A stretch of DNA of 64,000 bases, from positions 640,001 through 704,000 of the forward strand of contig CAVQBK010000003.1 of NCBI GenBank assembly GCA_963710755.1, written 5' to 3'. The notes under the pieces were generated by a model. The model was not told the DNA's origin. It saw nothing but the letters and a program-made list of their open reading frames with translations, and searched no databases. A program made the translations under genes and the position numbers. Shown here piece by piece: positions 38,465 to 47,410 of this stretch (its first letter is position 1; each line of letters begins with the position of its first letter). This stretch comes from an uncultured bacterium (GTDB taxonomy: Bacteria; Oederibacteriota; JAAXVQ01; JAUVAV01).

Positions 38465-40891
38465 TTGGCTAATCCACAAATCCTAAGTGAACGTCAAGAT
38501 CCTTTCTTCTATGAGTTCAAACTCTCGGAAGTTAATTATGGCGGCAAGATGCGCTTTCAACAGGCAGCCTTTCCTCCCGCGTCATCGGGCAGCTCCGATC
38601 TGGAATATCTTGTTTATAAGGCTATCGATCGGGTGGGCCGTCTGCTGGACGAAAAATCCAAGGGCCAACTTCAATCCTTAAGTGCGGGACAGCCGGCGCT
38701 AAAAGCTATTTATCTGGATTTGTGGGCTGCCGTACCTCAAGTGGGGTTTGACGCTTTTCTGCAATGGGTGGAGGAAGACGTTCGGCCGATTGTTAATGTT
38801 TACCGCGAAATTAAAAAAAACGCCATTGCTCATGAAAAAGATTTAAGAGTTAAGCGCTTGCATTATTTTGTAACCTTAAGCATGGTAACCCTGATGGCGG
38901 AAATGATCACAGAGTATTTTGAGAAACACATTGACCGTCTGGGGCGTTTGGCTCTTTCCGTGCGCTGGGCCATAGGCCGGGTCTTAAGCTTACTGCTGCT
39001 GGCTGCGGAGGATGATCCGGCCATGAAAAAAGTTCAGGCTGAGGCCGGCTTGGAACCGGATCATGCCATCAGGCGGATGCTCAATCCCTTTATCCTGGCT
39101 TTTGCCGACGCGGCGGATGCAGGGCTAATGGATGAAATCATGCTGGGCCCCAATCCCTACCGGGTACCCCTGAGCCTGAGAAAAAAAATCACCCTCCTTT
39201 ACCGGCAGACTCTTGCAAAAAATAAAACGTTTACTTTCTCCAACCTCAACCGGATACTCTCCGAACCCGGCAATTATTTTAAATTGATGCAGGACCAAAG
39301 CATCAAAAGGAAAATCCTGCAGGTTTTCCGAAAAGACCGGGCATTGCGCACCGAGTTGGTGTTGGAAAATGCCAAATGGCGGTTGCAAGATCAGCTACGC
39401 CGGGTTTTGGATCAAACGACGCCCACACCGGAATTGATGCTTTACACCAATAATGAGAAACGGCTGTTAGGACTGCTCACTAAAAAAGGCGTACGCAAAC
39501 AATTTTGGAAGCATGTCAAATCCAGGTCCGGTACCTGGCAACAGGACTTGAAACGCCACCTGGACCATGGGGTGGATATGATTAAAAAGAGCAGACACCG
39601 CTGGTTAGGTCGTCTGGACCGGCATGTTTTATTGGTGGAGATTACAGCTTTGCAAGAACGCCTGACATTGTGCTTGAGTCTGATGGAGGATTTTAAATTA
39701 CTGCGCAGCCATTACGGACGCGACAGCAATCAGGGTACCCATTGGCAAGGCCTGAAACTTTGGCGTGGGTACGAAATGGTTTTTAACAAACGTTCGGTCA
39801 GTGATCATGACCGGTTTGAATTGAAACAGGTATGGGAAAAGAAACGCGTAGATGTTGAAAATAGTTTTGCCGAGGGCAATATGTATTTAATCCGTTCTCT
39901 CGGCGAGGTTTATATCAATGGCCTGGGACGGCGCAATACGGTGATTTTCATGTTTGCTGATCTCAGAAATTCTACAGAAACCACCATGAAGTTAACCAAG
40001 GATACAGCTTCTTATCTTACCCCCTATCTGTCGGCTGTCAACACTTCTTCCCAACAGTGCCGGGGCCATCGGATTTATTTTGCCGGGGATGGGTTTGCCG
40101 CCCATTTCGACCGTATCAGTGACGCCCTGCGAGCGGCCTATTTAATCAATGGCCGTTTTGCAAAACTAAAAAAAGCCTCCGCAGAAGAGACCATCAAAAA
40201 GGCTAAGGAGATCTATCAGCATGCTATAACCCTGGTTCCCACACTGATGGAGCCGGAAAAAATACGGCCGGTTTTGCAAGATGAAGCCCTGGCCCAGGTT
40301 CCGGCGGTGCGCGAGTTTTTAATAGAACTGGCTCACCAGGAGAGCAAACGGATCGATGAAACGATTCTGAAAAAAATATTGGCGCGGGCGGCGGAAGCTT
40401 ACTCCATGCCCAGAATTGATGCGGGTATTGCCTTTACCATGGGGGAATTGTTTAACGCCATGGTAGGTGCGGAAGGTGAGGAAAAAATACCTATTGTTAT
40501 TTCACCTCAGTTAACTCAGGCCGCGCGCTTGTCCGGATCCTCGGAAGTCGTTAAGGCCCATATTGAAAATCATTTCCCTCAGCCCTTTGCGTACAATGTG
40601 TATACGTGGGATAAAAAATTGTACAATCGCGGCATTGTGATGACCAAAGCGGTTTTTGAAGATTTGAAACAAGAGGTGGGTGTTTTTCCTCTGGAGGGCA
40701 CCAAAGCTCCGTTTGATCAGGAAAAACTTTTCTATTATGATGACAATATTCTGAAGAGACGCATCGTGCTGCGGTTATGCAAGGAACCGGTGCTGCTCAA
40801 AGGTATTGACAAGCCCTGCAGTGTGGTGGAGGTGGCCCCTCCGGGATCCGTAATGGATAAATTATTTGGTGCCTTGGAACAGTTGGTCTGA
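38465..40891 (+). CDS. Large soluble protein with a divergent C-terminal class III nucleotidyl cyclase domain
   Basis: FMFADLRNST, YFAGDGF, RIDAGIAF..GE, ISPQLTQAARL, LLKGI; N-terminal ~490 aa unrecognised. Confidence 0.65.
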   Translation: MANPQILSERQDPFFYEFKLSEVNYGGKMRFQQAAFPPASSGSSDLEYLVYKAIDRVGRLLDEKSKGQLQSLSAGQPALKAIYLDLWAAVPQVGFDAFLQWVEEDVRPIVNVYREIKKNAIAHEKDLRVKRLHYFVTLSMVTLMAEMITEYFEKHIDRLGRLALSVRWAIGRVLSLLLLAAEDDPAMKKVQAEAGLEPDHAIRRMLNPFILAFADAADAGLMDEIMLGPNPYRVPLSLRKKITLLYRQTLAKNKTFTFSNLNRILSEPGNYFKLMQDQSIKRKILQVFRKDRALRTELVLENAKWRLQDQLRRVLDQTTPTPELMLYTNNEKRLLGLLTKKGVRKQFWKHVKSRSGTWQQDLKRHLDHGVDMIKKSRHRWLGRLDRHVLLVEITALQERLTLCLSLMEDFKLLRSHYGRDSNQGTHWQGLKLWRGYEMVFNKRSVSDHDRFELKQVWEKKRVDVENSFAEGNMYLIRSLGEVYINGLGRRNTVIFMFADLRNSTETTMKLTKDTASYLTPYLSAVNTSSQQCRGHRIYFAGDGFAAHFDRISDALRAAYLINGRFAKLKKASAEETIKKAKEIYQHAITLVPTLMEPEKIRPVLQDEALAQVPAVREFLIELAHQESKRIDETILKKILARAAEAYSMPRIDAGIAFTMGELFNAMVGAEGEEKIPIVISPQLTQAARLSGSSEVVKAHIENHFPQPFAYNVYTWDKKLYNRGIVMTKAVFEDLKQEVGVFPLEGTKAPFDQEKLFYYDDNILKRRIVLRLCKEPVLLKGIDKPCSVVEVAPPGSVMDKLFGALEQLV

Positions 40892-40914
40892 TTTGTTGCT
40901 CTCCATCAGGACGG

Positions 40915-41226
40915 CTAATTTATCGAAAACGACGAATTGGCTGTGCGCCGGTCATAAACCTTCATGACAAAATGGTGGAAATTTTTCCACTCGCTGAAAT
41001 CATACCATCCTTTGAAGTGGGTAAAATTTCTTTCTTTTAAGGCTTTGGAAAGCATGGCCAGGTTCTCAAAAATGTCCGGTCTTTGAATTTCATAGGCAGC
41101 AACAGCCTCCTGGATTTGTTGGCGCTGCTCACACTGGATATCGGGAAATTCCGTTTTATCTTCCACCAAGGCTTTGGACCCTAAAAACAGGACCATTAAT
41201 TGTTTTGTGGTATAATGATCAAGCAT
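40915..41226 (-). CDS. Hypothetical 103-aa protein
   Basis: GGGGGATAGG RBS, own promoter, fills the gap between flanking genes. Confidence 0.7.
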   Translation of the reverse strand: MLDHYTTKQLMVLFLGSKALVEDKTEFPDIQCEQRQQIQEAVAAYEIQRPDIFENLAMLSKALKERNFTHFKGWYDFSEWKNFHHFVMKVYDRRTANSSFSIN

Positions 41227-41339
41227 ACCTATCCCCCAGATTATTTATTTATTCATGATTGTGATGGTCTTACGATTAACCTAAAGGTCTTAATATGTCC
41301 TTGTGAATTCCTGCATGTCACTGCGGGTCATGTTATTTA

Positions 41340-41394
41340 ATACTACATGTTGTAATAATTGAAGTATTAAAATACAATATATAGTCAATGTCAA
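41340..41394 (-). promoter_or_regulatory. sigma70 promoter overlapped by two tandem NrdR-box-like operators
   Basis: Minus-strand TTGACA (41394-41389), 17 bp, TTTAAT (41371-41366). Boxes ATACTACATGTTGTAA (41340-41355) and ATACAATATATAGTCA (41372-41387) are 32 bp apart. Confidence 0.65.
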
Positions 41395-41419
41395 GACCTA
41401 TCCTGACGGGGGAGGAACG

Positions 41420-42739
41420 ATGACCATTCCAACATCTTTAACCCTTGCCCAAGAGATGATCAGCAAACTTCGTGAGCAGGGACGGCAAACTTTTATCGTG
41501 GGGGGGTGGCCCAGGGCTTTGATCATGGGTAAACCTTGTCAAGAACTGGATCTGGTCACCGAAGCCTCCCCGAATGAAGTCCTGTCTTTATTTCCCAAAA
41601 GCCGCCTGGTGGGGCGGGTCTTCCCTGTGGTGCTGGCTAAGCTCGAGGGCAGGCAGGTGGAGATTGCCTCCCTGCGCAGCCAGGCACAAAAAGGTATGGA
41701 TGCCTTTAAGGCCGATGTGCTTCAACGGGACTTCACCATCAACAGCCTGCTTTACGATCCCCTGAATAATGAATTAATCGACTTCTCCGACGGTCAGAAG
41801 GATATCGAGCGTCTTTGCCTGCGCTTCAATCCCACGCCGCTCGCACGCATTCAGGAAGATCCTTTACGACTGCTACGGGCCGTACGACTGGCAGGAACGC
41901 TGGGGTTGGAGATAGAGCAGCAGAGTTTGTTGGCCATTCGTCAGCAGGCTGGTTTAATTCAAACTGTGGCCAGTGAACGGGTGCTGGCGGAATTGGACAA
42001 ATGTTGGGCCAGTCCCGGCCGTGCCCAATGCCTGCGCCTGTTGGACCACACCGGTTTGTTGGACATCGTGCTGCCGGAAGTGGCTGCTCTGAAAGGGTTG
42101 GCCCAGCCGGCCGACCATCACCCGGAAGGGGATGGCTGGACCCACACGTGCCTGGTCCTGCGCTATTTACCGACCACAGCTTCGCGAGCTTTGGTCTGGG
42201 CAGCTGTGCTCCATGATATTGGCAAAGCCGCCACGCAAGGGAAAGATCACCCGCTTACTTTTCCTGATCATGAGCAGGCCGGCGCGGTTATGGCGCAGTG
42301 CCTCTTGACGCGGCTGCGTGCGGATCGCCATTTGATTGACCAAGTCAGTGGTATGATCACCCGTCACGGGCAATGGAATCGATGGCAGGACATGAGGACC
42401 GCTGCTTTTATTCGCTGGCTGGCGGAGCCGGCTTTTGCGGAAGAATCGGCACTTTACTATGCGGACAAAATGGCGGGGGATCAGCAACTAATCCATTACC
42501 TGCAGATATTGGAAAAAGCCAGACAGTATCCGGAGCCCGCCCAACTGGTGGCCAGAGCCTTTGGCCTGATCAATGGCCATGATTTGGCCCGTCTTGGTCT
42601 GGAGCCGGGGCCGGCCTACCGATCTCTGCTGGGCACGCTTCACGATGCCATCCTGGAGGAGCGCCTGACTAACCGAGAACAGGCCCTGGCCATGGCCAAG
42701 GACCTAATTACCCAATGGCAAAGCAGCCGTCAATCATGA
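41420..42739 (+). CDS. Class II tRNA nucleotidyltransferase with HD domain
   Basis: VGG..R, ELD, RDFTIN, EDPLRLLRAVR, ER, HPEG, LHDIGK. Confidence 0.88.
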   Translation: MTIPTSLTLAQEMISKLREQGRQTFIVGGWPRALIMGKPCQELDLVTEASPNEVLSLFPKSRLVGRVFPVVLAKLEGRQVEIASLRSQAQKGMDAFKADVLQRDFTINSLLYDPLNNELIDFSDGQKDIERLCLRFNPTPLARIQEDPLRLLRAVRLAGTLGLEIEQQSLLAIRQQAGLIQTVASERVLAELDKCWASPGRAQCLRLLDHTGLLDIVLPEVAALKGLAQPADHHPEGDGWTHTCLVLRYLPTTASRALVWAAVLHDIGKAATQGKDHPLTFPDHEQAGAVMAQCLLTRLRADRHLIDQVSGMITRHGQWNRWQDMRTAAFIRWLAEPAFAEESALYYADKMAGDQQLIHYLQILEKARQYPEPAQLVARAFGLINGHDLARLGLEPGPAYRSLLGTLHDAILEERLTNREQALAMAKDLITQWQSSRQS

Positions 42740-42787
42740 CCGCTTCCTTTTGGCGTGATGGTCATTAAATCATGGCCGGCCCTTGCA

Positions 42788-42816
42788 TTGACGGAGCCTG
42801 ATGCCGATGCTATCAT
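42788..42816 (+). promoter_or_regulatory. sigma70-type promoter
   Basis: TTGACG, 17 bp, TATCAT with extended TG. Confidence 0.6.
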
Positions 42817-42849
42817 TAAATTATGGTGTCCTGTTGCGTTGAGGGAATT

Positions 42850-44262
42850 ATGAAAAAAGTCATTACCACTTTTTTAATCCTGTTCTGCTGCCTGCCCATG
42901 GGTCTGAGCCATGCTTTGTCGGGCCGGGGCACCACGGCTGCTTCCTTCCTTAAGATCGGGGTGGGGTCGCGGGCCGTGGCTTTGGGCGAGTCCTATGTAT
43001 CCGTGGCCAATGACCCGTCGGCGATTTATTGGAATCCTGCGGGGCTTATGGATCTGGCCAATCCCACGGTCATGGCCATGCATGTTTTTTGGCTGGAAGA
43101 CATTTATTTCGATTATCTGGCCGGGGGAATGCCTCTGCCCGGCGGCGGAGCCCTGGGCGCCTCTCTGGTCTATTTAAATCATGGACAATTACTGCGCGCT
43201 GATGCCGGTGACACGCCTGATGATCCCACCCGCGGGCTGTTTTCAGCCGCTGATTTCGCTTTCAGCGGGGCCTATGCTTACCAGTTTTCCAAAAAAATGA
43301 AATTGGGCGGCACGCTCAAAGTATTCTCCGAAAGCATTGATAGCCAGGCCAGTTTTGGCCTTGCCCTGGATCTGGGGTTTTTATATGAACTGCCCTGGCA
43401 GGCCATTATGTTGGGCGTGATGGTTCAGAATCTGGGACCAGCCACCAAGGTGGAAGCTGAAGCTTTTCGCTTGCCCTTGAATTTTAAAGTCGGGTTGTCT
43501 TATCATCCACTGTCAAACCTGATGGTGACCATGGACTACAATCAGTTGCTGGAGCAGGAAGCCAAGCTGGGCCTGGGTGCGGAATATATTTATGAAGATC
43601 TGCTGGCTTTGCGGGCCGGCTATCAATATCAAGGCCGGATTGACCAAGCTGAACTTTATAGCAATTACGGGACCCCCGGTTTGGCTGGTTTGACCGCAGG
43701 CATCGGTGTCAAGGTCATGGATTTTCAATTGGACTATGCTTATGTCCCCTATGGCTTTTTGGGCACCACGCATCGTCTTACCCTCAGCTATGCCCTCGGC
43801 CAACCACCTGCCACCACACCGTCAAAATTGGTCCCCATGGCCACACCTATTCCCAACCAGGCCCAACGGCAGCAGCAAATGAGAAAAACTATTGCCGACC
43901 TGGAAGACAACATCAATAAAGGAGTTCTTAAAAACATTCGCTTTGAAAGCGGCTTGGCGGTGCTTCTGCCGGAATCACGAGAAACCCTCGACCGCCTGGG
44001 ACAAGAACTGGTAAAATACCCGGATGTAACCGTGGCCATTGAAGGCTATACGGACAATGTGGGTCGGCCCGAGGATAATCAAGTTTTGTCACAGCTGCGG
44101 GTGGAGAGCGTGAAGAGCTATTTGGTGGACCACTTCAAACTCAATCCCAATCAGCTTCCGGCGGTTGGTTACGGTGAGGCCAGTCCTATTGCCAGCAATG
44201 ACACCGCGGCCGGCCGTCAGAAAAACCGGCGGGTGGAATTTAAGGTCATCAGCAAGGAGTAA
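42850..44262 (+). CDS. PorV/PorQ-family (FadL-like) beta-barrel fused to an OmpA-like peptidoglycan-binding domain
   Basis: Signal peptide, FLKIGVGSRAVALGE, YWNPAGL, LRAGY, DYAY..G.LG.THR; C-terminal IEGYTD, N..LS..R, NRRVEF. Confidence 0.85.
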   Translation: MKKVITTFLILFCCLPMGLSHALSGRGTTAASFLKIGVGSRAVALGESYVSVANDPSAIYWNPAGLMDLANPTVMAMHVFWLEDIYFDYLAGGMPLPGGGALGASLVYLNHGQLLRADAGDTPDDPTRGLFSAADFAFSGAYAYQFSKKMKLGGTLKVFSESIDSQASFGLALDLGFLYELPWQAIMLGVMVQNLGPATKVEAEAFRLPLNFKVGLSYHPLSNLMVTMDYNQLLEQEAKLGLGAEYIYEDLLALRAGYQYQGRIDQAELYSNYGTPGLAGLTAGIGVKVMDFQLDYAYVPYGFLGTTHRLTLSYALGQPPATTPSKLVPMATPIPNQAQRQQQMRKTIADLEDNINKGVLKNIRFESGLAVLLPESRETLDRLGQELVKYPDVTVAIEGYTDNVGRPEDNQVLSQLRVESVKSYLVDHFKLNPNQLPAVGYGEASPIASNDTAAGRQKNRRVEFKVISKE

Positions 44263-44280
44263 TCCTTGCTGGGCTAATGC

Positions 44281-44309
44281 TTGACAGCTACCAAAGGCAG
44301 TTCTATAAT
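44281..44309 (+). promoter_or_regulatory. Consensus sigma70 promoter for pfkA
   Basis: TTGACA, 17 bp, TATAAT; perfect consensus. Confidence 0.85.
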
Positions 44310-44391
44310 TTTTCCATCCTGTTGTGAATTTCTTTAAACCAACGCCTTTTTTCTGCGCACCTATCCAGCTTTAAGATCAAGGAGGATAACC

Positions 44392-45363
44392 ATGAAGTCC
44401 GTTAAACATATTGGCGTGTTAACTTCAGGCGGTGACGCGCCGGGTATGAACGCCGTCATTCGCTCGGTAGTACGTTCGGCCCTGGATCGCAGGCTGCGTG
44501 TGACCGGCATTCAGCGTGGTTACTGGGGACTGCTGGAAGCCGATTTTATTCCCATGGATTCACGCAGTGTGGGAGGCATCATCAGCAGTGGCGGTACCAT
44601 GCTGCGCACGGTGCGCTGTCCGGAGTTTAAGGAAAAAAGCAACCGTTTGCAAGCCTATGCCCATATGCAGCAAGCCGGGTTGGACGGTTTGGTGGTGATC
44701 GGCGGTAACGGCAGCGCCGCCGCTGCCTATACGATTCATAAGGAGTTGAAAATCCCCACAGCCGTGATTCCTGTATCCATTGACAATGATGTTTACGGCA
44801 GTGATGACACGGTGGGGTTTGATACGTCGGTGAATACTGCCGTACAGGCCATCGATAAAATACGAGACACCGCCACTTCCCACGAACGGGTGTTTGTGGT
44901 GGAAGTTATGGGCCGCAACAACGGTTTCATTGCCTTGCAAACCGCGCTGTGTTCGGGCGCGGAAGCTGTGTTGGTGCCTGAATTTAAATTTGATCTTAAT
45001 AAAATCATCAAAGGCTTAGTCGCCGGCCATAAACGGGGCAAGGTGTCTTCAATCATCGTGATGGCCGAGGGTGCCGGTGATTGCGATGAAGTGGTGGCGG
45101 TTATTAAAAAGCAGACCGGCCTCAAGGTGCGCTTATCCGTGCTGGGTTATATCCAACGGGGCGGCAACCCCACGGCCCACAGCCGGGTTCTGGCCGCACA
45201 ATTGGGTCGATTTGCCATAAAAAATATTAAAGGTGACTATCAAGCTCATCTGGCGGGCATTCAGAACGGACGCTTAAAAGCCGTACCCCTAAAAGATGTG
45301 TTTGTTAAAAAGAAAAGACTTCCCCGGGATCTCTATGATCTGGTTTATCAATTGGCCCAATAA
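44392..45363 (+). CDS. pfkA: ATP-dependent 6-phosphofructokinase
   Basis: TSGGDAPGMN, IGGNGS, SIDND, EVMGR, LGYIQRGG. Confidence 0.96.
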   Translation: MKSVKHIGVLTSGGDAPGMNAVIRSVVRSALDRRLRVTGIQRGYWGLLEADFIPMDSRSVGGIISSGGTMLRTVRCPEFKEKSNRLQAYAHMQQAGLDGLVVIGGNGSAAAAYTIHKELKIPTAVIPVSIDNDVYGSDDTVGFDTSVNTAVQAIDKIRDTATSHERVFVVEVMGRNNGFIALQTALCSGAEAVLVPEFKFDLNKIIKGLVAGHKRGKVSSIIVMAEGAGDCDEVVAVIKKQTGLKVRLSVLGYIQRGGNPTAHSRVLAAQLGRFAIKNIKGDYQAHLAGIQNGRLKAVPLKDVFVKKKRLPRDLYDLVYQLAQ

Positions 45364-45417
45364 AGAAGCCTTGGCTGTGAGGCTGCTGCCAAATGATCTT
45401 ACTCCGGCCGCAGTAAC

Positions 45418-46305
45418 ATGTTGACCGTTGTATCAGCTTCCCGGCGCACCGATCTGGTGCGCTGTTATCCCCGCCTGTTGGCGCAATGGCTGGCTCAAGG
45501 CGAGGTGGTCATTAAAAATCCTTACAACCAGCAGGAGCGCAAGGTTGACCTCCGTCCTGAGCGGGTGCATACCTTGGTGCTCTGGTCCAAAGATTTTTCG
45601 CCTTTGCTCGCAAATCATTTCCACCTCAAAGACCTGGTACAGCGTTATCAGCAGTGCTATTTTCATTTCACTATTACCGGGTTGGGGCAGACTGTTTGGG
45701 AACCCGGCGTTATTGCCTCGGACCGGGCCGCCGCACAATTGGAACCATTGTTGGCCCTGGCCGGTGATCCCCGCCGGATCATGTGGCGCTTTGATCCGAT
45801 TTTGTTTTGGAAACAAGACCGCAGGGTTGTCAGCAATTTGGCCGGGTTTAATGGTCTGGCGAAGGTGGTCCGGCAGAAAGGCTTAAGCCAAGTGATGGTA
45901 TCCTTATGCCATTGGTACCAAAAAGCCATACGCCGCACCCAGGCCGCCAACCTCACCTGGATTAAGCCCAAGGGTCAGGACATTCAACGCATTGGCCGAT
46001 GGCTGCGGACGCAGGCGCATGCCCGGGAATTACAAGTTTTGGCCTGCTCCCATCCCGGGCTATTGGTCGCCGGCCTTTTAAAAGGCCGTTGCATCAACGG
46101 TAGCCTGCTAGCCAGCCTGCATCCTCAAGGCCTGGCTGCCAGCCGGGCCAAAGCTGCCGGCCAGCGTAAGGATTGCGGATGCACTCATTCCATTGATATC
46201 GGTTCTTATGACTTGGCTTGCCCTCATGGCTGTGTGTATTGTTATGCCAATGCTAAGCACGACCATGTTCAAGAGCAACCCAAGGCCATGAACGCATGGG
46301 GCTGA
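45418..46305 (+). CDS. DUF1848-family protein (Fe-S, radical-SAM-like Cys motif)
   Basis: SASRRTD, WSK, WRFDPI, CGC..S.DIG.Y, CPHGCVYCYAN. Confidence 0.88.
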   Translation: MLTVVSASRRTDLVRCYPRLLAQWLAQGEVVIKNPYNQQERKVDLRPERVHTLVLWSKDFSPLLANHFHLKDLVQRYQQCYFHFTITGLGQTVWEPGVIASDRAAAQLEPLLALAGDPRRIMWRFDPILFWKQDRRVVSNLAGFNGLAKVVRQKGLSQVMVSLCHWYQKAIRRTQAANLTWIKPKGQDIQRIGRWLRTQAHARELQVLACSHPGLLVAGLLKGRCINGSLLASLHPQGLAASRAKAAGQRKDCGCTHSIDIGSYDLACPHGCVYCYANAKHDHVQEQPKAMNAWG

Positions 46306-46369
46306 CCGTGCCGACGGGACATGGTCAGCGGAACTTGTTTTAATATCCATCCGGGAAAGGTGAGCGCAT

Positions 46370-47410
46370 ATGCCAAGAAAACCATTAGTAGCTGTTTCCA
46401 TGGGTGATCCCGCAGGGATTGGACCGGAGATCATCATTAAAGCCTGCACGGACAAAAAGCTACGCCAAGTCCTGGACCCGCTTATTATCGGCGATTACCG
46501 GGTATTGCAGCGTGCGGCCCAACGACTAAATTCAACCATCACGCTGGTCTCAACAGCCACAATTCCTGAACAACCGATCAGGACTAAGTTGTTGCCGGTA
46601 CTGCAACTGGGTGGAGAAGAAAAGCCGGTGACCCCCGGGAAATGGTCGGTTTATACGGGCCGGCGTTCCTATCAGGCCGTGCACCTGGCGATCGCTTTGG
46701 CCCTCGAAAAGAACGTGGACGCCATGGTCACGGCGCCTATCTGCAAGCAGGCTTGGCAGGCTGCAGGCGTAAGGTTTCCAGGGCATACGGAATTGTTGGC
46801 CCAGGCCTGCGGGGTGAAAGATTATGCCATGATGTTTGTGGGCGGTCCTTTCCGGCTAATCCTGGCCACCATCCATGAACCTCTGGCCAAGGTTCCGGCA
46901 CTGTTGTCGCAGGCGTTGATTAAGAAAATGATTTTGCTCGGCAGCCAGGAATTAAAAAGCCGTTTTGCCATAAAAAAACCAAAGATCGCCGTGGCAGGAT
47001 TAAATCCCCATGCCGGGGAAGGAGGGGTGTTCGGCAAGGAGGAACAGCGCCTGCTGATACCGGCGATCAACCATTTCCGTAGCAGCCGCGCCATGACCGT
47101 GACCGGTCCTTATCCACCGGACACCTTGTTTGTGGAAGCCAGCACCGGAGCTTATGATCTGGTGCTGTGCCTGTATCATGACCAGGGGTTGATACCCTTT
47201 AAAATGCTGGCTCTGCACAGTGGGGTGAACGTGACGGCCGGGCTGCCCATCATCCGCACCTCACCTGATCACGGCACGGCCTTTGCCATTGCCGGCAAGG
47301 ATCAAGCCCATCCGGGGTCCATGATCGCGGCGCTCGAAACCGCGGCGGCCATGGCCGGCATGGCCGTCAAGCGTCAGCTGACCAGACCTAGGCTGGTTAA
47401 AACCCGATAA
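46370..47410 (+). CDS. pdxA: 4-hydroxythreonine-4-phosphate dehydrogenase
   Basis: MGDPAGIGPE, GHTE, LNPHAGE, YHDQGLIP.K, RTSPDHGTA. Confidence 0.96.
   Translation: MPRKPLVAVSMGDPAGIGPEIIIKACTDKKLRQVLDPLIIGDYRVLQRAAQRLNSTITLVSTATIPEQPIRTKLLPVLQLGGEEKPVTPGKWSVYTGRRSYQAVHLAIALALEKNVDAMVTAPICKQAWQAAGVRFPGHTELLAQACGVKDYAMMFVGGPFRLILATIHEPLAKVPALLSQALIKKMILLGSQELKSRFAIKKPKIAVAGLNPHAGEGGVFGKEEQRLLIPAINHFRSSRAMTVTGPYPPDTLFVEASTGAYDLVLCLYHDQGLIPFKMLALHSGVNVTAGLPIIRTSPDHGTAFAIAGKDQAHPGSMIAALETAAAMAGMAVKRQLTRPRLVKTR

Noticed and set aside
38465-40891. Pycsar or CBASS defence system
   Set aside because: No adjacent cNMP-binding TM/TIR effector; the context is core-genome-like.
44322-44339. Rex operator upstream of pfkA
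   Set aside because: Only the left half-site (TTGTGAA) matches; the right half is poor.
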